Source: Candidatus Poribacteria bacterium (GTDB lineage Bacteria > Poribacteria > WGA-4E > WGA-3G). Taken from it: 64,000 bases of DNA. Shown here piece by piece: positions 1-8,535 of the stretch. Every line of letters starts with the position of its first letter. Position 1 is the first letter of the stretch. A model generated the notes under the pieces. That model saw nothing but the letters and a program-made list of their open reading frames with translations, had not been told where the DNA came from and searched no databases. A program made the position numbers and the translations under genes. The stretch spans positions 6,596,430 through 6,660,429 of the forward strand of contig OZ251998.1 in assembly GCA_965246985.1 (NCBI GenBank), given 5' to 3'.

Positions 1-3000
1 AGGTAGGATGACCTTCAATGGCTTCAACCAATTCTGATGCCTTTCTCTCGCCATTCGCCAGCAGAGAGAAAATCTGTTCTCGGAAAAGCACACGTGGAAT
101 GTTCCCACCCCTGAGTTTATGTAATACTCGGTACGCCTGTCTTGCGGAACAACCCAAAATACGTTCCACTTCAGTTCTACGGGTGTCCGCGGTTATGTGA
201 GCACGTTCAATTTCAAAACGCTCGCGCGTTGCTATCGCCTCACGGAGTTTGTCTAATCCACCAGCGACCTCAAAATCTTCCCAATCGAAGAGAAGCACTT
301 CAGGTCTGTCGGTAATGTCCGGCAATGGGACGCTTGTAACCAACACAACCGTCTTACCTGATGAACGATTCAGTCCAGTAAGCCCTACAATTTCTGAAAG
401 ATGCCCAACAATATGCTGTTCATAAACACGCTGAACGCGTTCATCTTTATACCGGCAAGGCTCCGTATCTGTCTCATACGAGAGTGGTCTTTCGTCGTTA
501 CCATACAAAATCTGTGACCGCCGCCAAATGATACCCAGTTCCCAACGCGGCGTACCGACGACCCAAACAACCTGTGCTTCTTCAAAAGCGGATGCGAACC
601 CGTTCAGATCTTTGAAATACGCTACAAAACAGACATTTTCTTTTTCCGCAACATCTGTCAACTGTTTGACAATCGGCATATAAGTGACGATCGCATGCTT
701 AACACTTGGGTCCCGTTCAATTTCTGCCCGGATACCAGAGAAGATACGCTGCCCTGTTTTAGACACGCCGCTAACATTCCAATTGTGATAGTATTCTAAA
801 AGCGTTTCGGATGGGTAGAGGTCTGTACGAATCTGAAAAACTTTGTTCCCCGCAACCCACGCCGTCGGTTTGAGGCGAGTAACGTCAATTTCTGTATCTG
901 CTGGAAACGCCTTGCGGACATCTCGTTCGGTGGCACTCGATGACATTAACAGAAGCCGTTTGACGCGCGGATGCAACACAGGCGGCACCCAGAACTTTAG
1001 GACATTCTTATACCAGATCATCGGCGCATCAGCATCACGCTTATAATACGCAAAAAAACGCTCCCACCAATGCCAAAACGTCCAATTTGGATCCGAATAG
1101 ACATTCGGGAATGCTTGAATGCTCTCGACAGTTGAAGCGTCCAGAATGCCCAACTTGATCGCTTGACCCATCGACATCGGGATGTGTCCGTCTTCGTTCA
1201 ACGCAAAAAAATCAAGTTCAAAAACAGGCAGCCCTTTCGCGGTAAGTCTATCCGTAGCGTTCGTATCTAAAGGTATGTAAGCCGAAGTGTCTCCATCAAA
1301 AGCGATCATAAAACGCGCCAGTATCTCTCCGGTTTCATTGTCAATATACTCGCGCGCTGATACCGTGCCTCTCACATTCACTTGGCACATCTGTTTAATC
1401 AGGTCGTCTGCCTGCCTTTCAAACGCGTGCATCGTTGTACGAATCCGTCTGACAGCACTCCCATCTGGGTCCCCTGTGTTTTCTACGGCGTTTAGTAAGG
1501 CTTTAGAAAAATGTCCCAAAGCATCTCCTTGCCAATTGACGCTCCACGCCTCCAATATATACTTTGATAAACTGCATTCAGAAAACAGTTCGTGGCTTTG
1601 CACGTTGTCGAAAATACAGAGCCGTTCTGTTTCATCATCCTGTCCAAGGAGGTTTTCCACCGCTTTGCTATGTCTTGGATTCAAGAAGATTTGCGGCCGT
1701 CCCGATATTTGTACTTTCGCGCGTTGGAGTGCAGCAGGTTGCGATAGATAGCCGCGCTGCTGGCATTCCGTATAAACAGGACACTCTGGACAAATACTCT
1801 CGTTCGGATTTCCACCCTTCTGCTCAAGCGCATCACACCGTTCTGGATCTTCACACATATTTCCGTGTTGAAACGGGTTCGCCATCCGCACATCAACGGG
1901 GATGTCTTTCACTTTGTCCCACAAATATCTCCGAACTCTATAACGCACAACCGATGGAACGTCTCTTTTTTCAAATCTCTGCTCGGCTTCTTCTGCTGTC
2001 CAGAACTTCGCATTTAGGCTTATCGCACCGTCGTTGAGGACGTATGTCTCTGCACCGTAACTTGTCCCGCCACCTTTCTCAGCAATAAGTGCGAGAACGC
2101 GTGCACTCCCATCAAAAACGCGTTGTATCTGAACGGCGTTATTTTCAAATGGCTCGTAATCTTTTTTCGCACCTTCTGACTTCTGCAGCACCGTAGGTGG
2201 ACGTTTTATCGCTAATGGGCTGAGTTTTCCGTCCCGTACAGCAAGCAGGGTGTCAGAGAGAAATGGGGCCACATTCGGTGTCTGTGGCAGAATACCGGTA
2301 TCGTCCCAGATCTCTGTGATGTGGGTATCTTCCATCGGGATTCCAAGGTCTGACGTAGACGCACGTATCCATACAGTACCGTCACGCTCCGATAACGATA
2401 CGTGCCTATCGTCGCGCATACTGTCAGGCGGTTGCCAGTAGTGGGAACCGTTCTCTTGCTTGATATACGAAAAACCGCGTTTTATAAGTGCCTGTTTCGC
2501 AAGGTCTAAATTATGTGAACCCAAGGAGGCTGGTGCCACAGGATGATCTAAGACAACATATCGCAGTCCCTTTTCACTACGCATCACGGGTTGGTGAAGC
2601 GTATCACGGAGAGCGTCAATAGGTGCAAAGAGAGCCTCTTTGGAAATTACAGGTGGATCTAACAGGTTGCCGAACAGAATCTCGTAACGTCCATCCCAAC
2701 GGTTGAATCCCTTGTCCCCAAAGATTTCAAGGTACACCTCTTGTTGAGATGAATTTTCTGGTGTCGGTGTATGCTTATAGATATACTGCCTTGCTTCCTC
2801 GGTATTCGGGTGGAGGTAATCTCGAACTCGGCATGAGAAACGCAGTCCACCAGACTTTGTAATTGTCAGTAGTGGGTTTGCTACGATGTTAACCAAAGTC
2901 TCAATACAGACTGAAACAGCATCTGGTGCAGCACACACGGCTTCGTATGTAAAATTGAGATCGTGCCAACGGGCACTATCCTTTGCGGATGGGATACCTG

Positions 3001-3313
3001 TGTACACCTGAATTCCGCATGAGCCGTGCCATTGTCTAATATACCAATCCTCTATGCCTTGGCGTTTCAAGAACCGTTCACCGCCAAAATCTGTTGGGCC
3101 GCTTTCATACTCCGGGGCGCGACCTATCGGCATAAATGAGACATCTGCCTGCTCAAGTTCATAGAGTTTCACGGGGTATCTATGCGCGCAGTAGACTGTA
3201 AAATGATACGGAAGCCCCTTATATAGTGCCGGGGTTATCACTGTTTTCCGCTGCTGGAGCGACTTTTCACGCCGTTGGTGACAGTGTTGAATAATATCTT
3301 TCAAGATGTTCAT
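1..3313 (-). CDS. Large hypothetical protein, at least 1,104 codons, 3-prime end beyond the left window edge. Possible primase-polymerase (AEP)-like N-terminal region, central Cys cluster, C-terminal helix-turn-helix.
   Basis: Manual reverse-strand translation from ATG at 3313-3311 (MNILKDIIQHCHQRREK...) stays open to position 2 (...LVEAIEGHPT). I re-checked 1-600 and 1562-1740 and found no TTA/CTA/TCA in that frame. Other frames here give only ORFs under 160 aa. It is absent from the ORF track because it has no in-window stop. Motifs seen: GIQVYTG..WHDLNF..TKSGGLRFSCR; CEDPERCD..CPECPVYTEC; ERILGCSARQAYRVLHKL. Confidence 0.8.
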   Translation of the reverse strand, partial: MNILKDIIQHCHQRREKSLQQRKTVITPALYKGLPYHFTVYCAHRYPVKLYELEQADVSFMPIGRAPEYESGPTDFGGERFLKRQGIEDWYIRQWHGSCGIQVYTGIPSAKDSARWHDLNFTYEAVCAAPDAVSVCIETLVNIVANPLLTITKSGGLRFSCRVRDYLHPNTEEARQYIYKHTPTPENSSQQEVYLEIFGDKGFNRWDGRYEILFGNLLDPPVISKEALFAPIDALRDTLHQPVMRSEKGLRYVVLDHPVAPASLGSHNLDLAKQALIKRGFSYIKQENGSHYWQPPDSMRDDRHVSLSERDGTVWIRASTSDLGIPMEDTHITEIWDDTGILPQTPNVAPFLSDTLLAVRDGKLSPLAIKRPPTVLQKSEGAKKDYEPFENNAVQIQRVFDGSARVLALIAEKGGGTSYGAETYVLNDGAISLNAKFWTAEEAEQRFEKRDVPSVVRYRVRRYLWDKVKDIPVDVRMANPFQHGNMCEDPERCDALEQKGGNPNESICPECPVYTECQQRGYLSQPAALQRAKVQISGRPQIFLNPRHSKAVENLLGQDDETERLCIFDNVQSHELFSECSLSKYILEAWSVNWQGDALGHFSKALLNAVENTGDPDGSAVRRIRTTMHAFERQADDLIKQMCQVNVRGTVSAREYIDNETGEILARFMIAFDGDTSAYIPLDTNATDRLTAKGLPVFELDFFALNEDGHIPMSMGQAIKLGILDASTVESIQAFPNVYSDPNWTFWHWWERFFAYYKRDADAPMIWYKNVLKFWVPPVLHPRVKRLLLMSSSATERDVRKAFPADTEIDVTRLKPTAWVAGNKVFQIRTDLYPSETLLEYYHNWNVSGVSKTGQRIFSGIRAEIERDPSVKHAIVTYMPIVKQLTDVAEKENVCFVAYFKDLNGFASAFEEAQVVWVVGTPRWELGIIWRRSQILYGNDERPLSYETDTEPCRYKDERVQRVYEQHIVGHLSEIVGLTGLNRSSGKTVVLVTSVPLPDITDRPEVLLFDWEDFEVAGGLDKLREAIATRERFEIERAHITADTRRTEVERILGCSARQAYRVLHKLRGGNIPRVLFREQIFSLLANGERKASELVEAIEGHPT

Positions 3314-3320
3314 GGTTAGC

Positions 3321-3382
3321 AAAAAACGGTCGTGAACGCCTCGGTTCTGCTGAGTCGAAGATCTTTGGAATAAGTTTGCGTT
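3321..3382. repeat. 62-bp direct repeat, copy 1, immediately upstream of the start codon of the large gene
   Basis: 54/62 identical by hand alignment to 4646-4707. The shared core is GTGAACGCCTCGGTTCTGCT. Confidence 0.75.
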
Positions 3383-4645
3383 TGTTCTGTCTCACGTTTA
3401 CTTAGCAAATTTTGTGCCTATTCCTTTAAGCAAATGTAATATTTGTGTGAAAACACAGGCACAGATTGGTTTCGTTCACATTTAGTGTAATAAAGGAAGT
3501 CCCTCGCGTTTTCTCGAAAAACTGCCTTTACGGACATAAATTGCATACAGAAATCAAAGAAAGCAGGCTTTCTTTCAGAAAATGTTCGTTGAAAATCGGC
3601 AATTTTTACGTTTAGCGGATGTATCGCCCCATAAGAAGTATACACAATCTTTGACTCGGTTTATCAAAGTCAGCACAACACGTCACATTTTCTGAAGAGA
3701 TACCGTTTTCAGCATAAATTGTATGCACAAATCAAAAAATGTGAACATAACCCACACAATGTAGACACTACATGGTTAAACGTGAGTTTGATAAAAGGTT
3801 TGCCTTTGTAGCGTGATGCACGTTGCATCTGGGCGAGTACGCCGCAAAACTGTTAGTTTCCTTGTTTTTGTCCAAGCACATCGGGAGCGAGTTGATCCAT
3901 GAAAGGTTATCAATCCGAGTCCCTATCTGCTTTCAAGAGGGATCAAAGGTCTCAAATCATAACACCCTACCTTTGAAACTCTCACTAAGCAATATTAAGA
4001 AATAGATTTTAGGTTTTGAGGCAGGGTGGAAAACAGGAAGACTACAAGAAACGCTGTGTTCGTTATCTTCCCGGCTTCCATACTTCCAATCTTCCATCTG
4101 ATCTGTGGATGAAAAACATAAATTTAATATTGAAACTTGTTTATAGCAGGAAACCCGCTTTTTCAAACTGCCTTCTGTGCGTGAAAAATGCTAAAAATCG
4201 CGGTTTTGGTTTCCTTTTTCTCTCAAAGGTGTGTAGAAGTTCTTTGCTACCTTTTGAGGTGTTATTTTCTCAATGGGTGTGTGGGTTTGTGTCTCATCAG
4301 AAACGGTATGGTTTTCCACACTTATTGGACAAAAACAAGGTAGTTTGCGCCGCATACCCCACAAACTATAGTAAAGTTTAGAATTAATAGGACACCCTGT
4401 GCCGGTTCGGTTTCCTAACCGCACCGGGTCTGGTTAGAAAATTACCCAATTTATTTGTTAATCTTCATACAGTTTGTACAATTCACGCATCTCGGAAGCG
4501 AAAATAGAGTTATACCAAATTAACTTGATTAGAAGTCTTTTGATCAAGTCAGCATTGCGAGGCACAGGGACCTCGCGCTACAAATGGGGTTAATTTGGTA
4601 TTAGTCACGCATCCGAAATGATTAATCAAACTGACGTTAGTTAAC

Positions 4646-4707
4646 AAAAAATGGTTGTGAACGCCTCGGTTCTGCTAAGTCCAAAACCTTTGGCATAAGT
4701 TTGCATT
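4646..4707. repeat. 62-bp direct repeat, copy 2
   Basis: Same orientation as 3321-3382, 1,325 bp away. No ORF follows it. Confidence 0.75.
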
Positions 4708-4751
4708 AAAAAAGGCACTTCTTAACTGAAGGCTGAAAACCGACAACCATT

Positions 4752-4792
4752 AAAAAGCGCAAAGCGGTAGACAGGGGATCCACCGCTTTTGC
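4752..4792 (-). terminator. Possible Rho-independent terminator (minus strand)
   Basis: GCAAAGCGGT (4759-4768) pairs with ACCGCTTTTGC (4782-4792, one bulge). On the minus strand it is followed by GCGCTTTTT. No annotated gene ends here. Confidence 0.3.
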
Positions 4793-4806
4793 ATCAGGTC
4801 AATTCG

Positions 4807-4874
4807 GTTGAAGAGAACAGTATTCTCCTATAGAAAACAAGTTGAAGAGAACAGTATTCTCCTATGGAAAACAA
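4807..4874. repeat. Tandem direct repeat, 2 x 34 bp
   Basis: GTTGAAGAGAACAGTATTCTCCTAT(A/G)GAAAACAA occurs twice back to back. Each unit holds the small palindrome GAGAAcagtaTTCTC. Confidence 0.9.
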
Positions 4875-5233
4875 AAATATCTGCAAACACGCGCTCGCAT
4901 TGTGTTTCAAATAGTTAATGTTAAGCCTCGCTTGTCCGCGAAACTTCCATTCAGCGAATGGATTCAAGGAATAACCCATTCTTACATTATAAATTAACCT
5001 TTTTAGCAGGTGTATAATCCCCGCGTTGTTATGTCATTAGCGTCTCTAATAACACAACTAACTTTAATTATACGAGATTAATAAAAGGTTGTCAATAAAA
5101 ATGATTTTTATTTTTGATTTATCCTAAATAAAACAATTTATCATAATTAGTCATTAAAAACCAAACCCTAAACCCTAAAATTCTAATAAGACAACTATAG
5201 TGACATCTAAAAACAATTAGACACTTTCGCTAG

Positions 5234-5745
5234 CCGGTAGGTGCGGTTTTGCGGTGTACACACCCAAATTTGGTTTCCCATACGCGGAAACCAAATTTTG
5301 CTTCGCAGTGAGAATGCTTTACATTTGCGATCTGCATTCCTAACCACACCATAAGCGTCAATTTAAGGGAAAATAACCGCCTCGACCCCCGGACCCGGTA
5401 GGTGCGGTTTTGCGGCGCACTCGACCAAATGCAACCTGCATTCCTAACCGCACCGGATACTCGGCGAAAACCTTCAGATGCAGTGCTTGCTAAACACGGT
5501 TTCCGCTAAACAAGAAACTGAGGTCCCGGTTGGGATAAGCTTGGTTCGGTTAGGAAACCGAACCTACCGGACCTGGGGACCGAGACGGGATTCAAGAGGG
5601 TTTGAAGTCATCAAGGTTTCCTCTTAGAACCCGGTTCGGTTAGGAAACCGAACCTACCGGACCTGGAATACCGCTAAATTGATACCTATGGTGCGGTTTT
5701 GCGGCGCACTCGACCAAATGCGATCTGCATTCCTAACCGCACCGG
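5234..5745. repeat. Cluster of REP-like palindromic units built around GGTKCGGTT / AACCGMACC arms and a TTAGGAA core
   Basis: Units GGTGCGGTTTTGCGG...CTGCATTCCTAACCGCACC lie at 5234-5350 (with an internal insertion), 5395-5456 and 5690-5745. GGTTCGGTTAGGAAACCGAACCTACCGGACCTGG lies at 5543-5576 and 5633-5666. A related unit lies at 4402-4427. Confidence 0.8.
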
Positions 5746-5838
5746 CTTGGAGTGTCTCATTAATTCTAAGATCCACTATAAATTAATATTTAAACTATCA
5801 TTATTGGGGTGATATTGCTTCGCAGTGAGAATAGAAAA

Positions 5839-7329
5839 CTAACGAGAACCGGTTTCTCCATAGGTGATGGTCGGGTCGAGCGGGTAGATCGGATGCCTTA
5901 GGTTCTGGTAATCGTAGTTGAAAAGATTCGGACTGTGAACACCAGGGGTATCCACCTCCAAAATTTGGTGTGCGATGGGTGTGTAATCCGCTCGGAAATG
6001 CACAGCGGATTTAAGGGCGATGAGTTTGCGAGATAGCGGCTCAATCCCAACGCTCCGAAGTACTTCAGCATCATAGGGTTGAATCCGTTTTTCCGTCAAG
6101 ATAATCTCAACACCACCGACTTGGATGGCGGCTGTTGTGCCCATCTGCCCGATGGTGCCGCGACCCATAGGACCCTTAAGGATAAATTTACCATCAGAAA
6201 GCACTTTGATGTATCCTGTGAGTGCAACGGGATCCCCGTGTTGTGTATCCGTTTTCCCACCGACGTTTAATTGGACATTGTTTCCAACGCCTGCCTCGAC
6301 TGCTTGGGCGACTGATTCGGGATCCGCGATCACCGCGATCACCGCGTCTTGAACGTCCGCTTCTATGAACTGCTGTAGAATCGTTGTGCCATCACAGGGA
6401 CCGCCTCCACCGGGGTTGTCCGCACCATCAGCGAGTACAATCGGTTTGCCATCTGTCTGATTGGCGATTTCAATCGCGGATTCCACGGTATGTAAGTTGA
6501 ACGTGAATTGTGTGCGCATCTCCCAGATATAGGACGCAAACTGATCAGCATAAGTTTCCGCGAGTGCCATGTCGCCGTTGGTGGTAACGAGTATTGAAAC
6601 GCCTGCATCCGTTATATCAGCAAACGGGAAGCCCATAGAGAGGGTTGCTGTTACAACGCCGCGCTCGGTTTCAAGGGCATGCAGTGCGTTGACTGCCTCT
6701 GTCATTGGGGATTTCATTGTGCATTGCGCTGGGGGCGCGGTCAGTAAAGGGAGTTGGCGGTACGCCATCGTCGGTTGAATCTTTCCCGCATTTATACCAA
6801 AGAGCAGTTGTCCGGCTTCAAACCCGCGTTCATAGCAATCTACGTGCGGATAGGTATCAAACCCGATGATAACATCGGAGTAGTGTGCCATTTTGGCGGT
6901 AATATTCGCGTGCAGGTCGAGCGTCGTGACGATCCATGTTGCCCCCACCGTTTCACGCACTGCCTGAATTAAGTCTCCTTCTGCATCCTCAAGTTCATCT
7001 GTCACCATTGCGCCGTGTAAGTCGAGGAGCACCCCGTCAACTTCTCCGGCGTTCTGCAAAAGCGTGAGAAACTCTGTCTTAAGCGTCTGATAAGCGGCGT
7101 GATCTACTATGCCAGATGGTGTCGCAAACGTCCACAGCAGTGGGACAGGTTGTAAATTGAGTTGTTCCGCGACATCAAGGAAACCACCCGTAATTGTTCG
7201 GGTCCCTCGGAACGCGGCGATAATTTCGTCACCACGGTGGTAACTCCCCTTTTTGAAATTGTCGATAGTTGTCACGACCGGTGAAAATGTATTGGTTTCA
7301 TGTCCGATACAGCCGACTGCAATGCGCAT
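5839..7329 (-). CDS. M81-family metallopeptidase (MlrC/microcystinase C-like)
   Basis: 496-aa ORF. The N-terminus MRIAVGCIGHETNTFSP is typical of the MlrC family. GAGGGGGA SD lies upstream. Confidence 0.85.
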   Translation of the reverse strand: MRIAVGCIGHETNTFSPVVTTIDNFKKGSYHRGDEIIAAFRGTRTITGGFLDVAEQLNLQPVPLLWTFATPSGIVDHAAYQTLKTEFLTLLQNAGEVDGVLLDLHGAMVTDELEDAEGDLIQAVRETVGATWIVTTLDLHANITAKMAHYSDVIIGFDTYPHVDCYERGFEAGQLLFGINAGKIQPTMAYRQLPLLTAPPAQCTMKSPMTEAVNALHALETERGVVTATLSMGFPFADITDAGVSILVTTNGDMALAETYADQFASYIWEMRTQFTFNLHTVESAIEIANQTDGKPIVLADGADNPGGGGPCDGTTILQQFIEADVQDAVIAVIADPESVAQAVEAGVGNNVQLNVGGKTDTQHGDPVALTGYIKVLSDGKFILKGPMGRGTIGQMGTTAAIQVGGVEIILTEKRIQPYDAEVLRSVGIEPLSRKLIALKSAVHFRADYTPIAHQILEVDTPGVHSPNLFNYDYQNLRHPIYPLDPTITYGETGSR

Positions 7330-7521
7330 GGACTATCCCCCTCGCGCTTGGATGCTTCGTGGATTGTAAAACAAATATACCATATCTTTGTCAGTGTGAC
7401 AAGCGGAAATTCCCAGATTTTTGTTAATCAAAAAGCGGAGATTTGATAGAATGGTTACAGAAGTTCTTAGTTGCCAGATTTCAAGGTTACCAACACCAAC
7501 ACAATCATAGGAGAAGTCGTT

Positions 7522-8481
7522 ATGGAATATACCTATCTCGGTCGGATAGGACTACGCGTAAGCCGCCTCTGTCTCGGCACCGTCAATTTCGGCAGACATG
7601 CGTCGGAAGAGGATTCGTTTTCGATACTGAGTCAGGCACTACAAGCCGGAATTAACTTTTTCGATACCGCTAACATCTATAACGAAGGTTTAACCGAGAC
7701 GATTGTTGGCAACTGGTTGGCAGAAGATAAGAGTCGGCGCGATCAGATTGTTCTGGCGACCAAACTTTATGGTCAGACAGGTGAGGGACCCAATGACGGT
7801 CGTCTGTCGGCATATCACATCCGTCGGGCGTGCGAAGACAGTCTACGCCGTCTGCAGACCGATCACATAGATTTGTATCAGATGCATCACGTTGATCGCC
7901 GTACGCCGTGGGATGAGATTTGGCAGGCGATGGAGCAATTGGTGCGTGAAGGTAAAATCCTGTACGTTGGTAGTAGTAACTTCGCTGCGTGGGACATTGC
8001 TCGCGCACAGGGTATCGCTGCCCAGCGCAACTTTCTTGGGCTTGTCTCAGAGCAGAGCCTGTATAATCTCCGTAGTCGGACAATTGAGCTTGAGGTTCTC
8101 CCGTGTTGTCGCGAGCTCGGTTTGGGAGTCATTCCATATAGTCCGATGGGGGGTGGATTGCTCTGCGGTGTGCTAAACAACCCGACCACTGGACGGCGAG
8201 GCAGGGAATCACTCAGACAGACGATTGAAACGCATCGATCACAGTTAGAAGCGTATGAGGAACTCTGCACATTGATAGGACAACCACCGGCTAACGTCGC
8301 TTTGGCATGGGTGCTCAATAATCCAGACGTTACGGCACCGATTGTGGGACCGCGGACAGTTGAACAACTTGAGCAGAACTTGTCTGTCTTGGAATTGAAA
8401 TTAGACGATGAAACGTTTGCAAGACTCGATGAGATTTGGGCGGGTCCTGGTGGTGAAGCACCAGAAGCGTACGCGTGGTAG
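7522..8481 (+). CDS. Aldo/keto reductase
   Basis: MEYTYLGRIGLRVSRLCLGTVNFG... through ...IVGPRTVEQLEQNL is AKR-like. I prefer the ATG at 7522, preceded by AGGAGA, over the track start at 7471. Confidence 0.9.
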   Translation: MEYTYLGRIGLRVSRLCLGTVNFGRHASEEDSFSILSQALQAGINFFDTANIYNEGLTETIVGNWLAEDKSRRDQIVLATKLYGQTGEGPNDGRLSAYHIRRACEDSLRRLQTDHIDLYQMHHVDRRTPWDEIWQAMEQLVREGKILYVGSSNFAAWDIARAQGIAAQRNFLGLVSEQSLYNLRSRTIELEVLPCCRELGLGVIPYSPMGGGLLCGVLNNPTTGRRGRESLRQTIETHRSQLEAYEELCTLIGQPPANVALAWVLNNPDVTAPIVGPRTVEQLEQNLSVLELKLDDETFARLDEIWAGPGGEAPEAYAW

Positions 8482-8535
8482 CACACAGCCACGTTATAAT
8501 CGATAACCCTGTGAAACTTAAAAAAAGGAGCAAAG

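Noticed and set aside
3492-3503. AAAGGAAGTCCC resembling the RNase P RNA P4 motif (GAGGAAAGUCC)
   Set aside because: There is only a partial match and no complementary ACAGAA..CCGGCUUA partner. The surrounding sequence is AT-rich and lacks the expected GC-rich helices.
3823-4424. Track ORFs of 60-121 aa inside the gene desert (for example 4016..4381 and 4191..4424)
   Set aside because: They overlap one another on opposite strands, have no SD, show low-complexity or odd composition, and run through repeat units. I treat them as non-coding.
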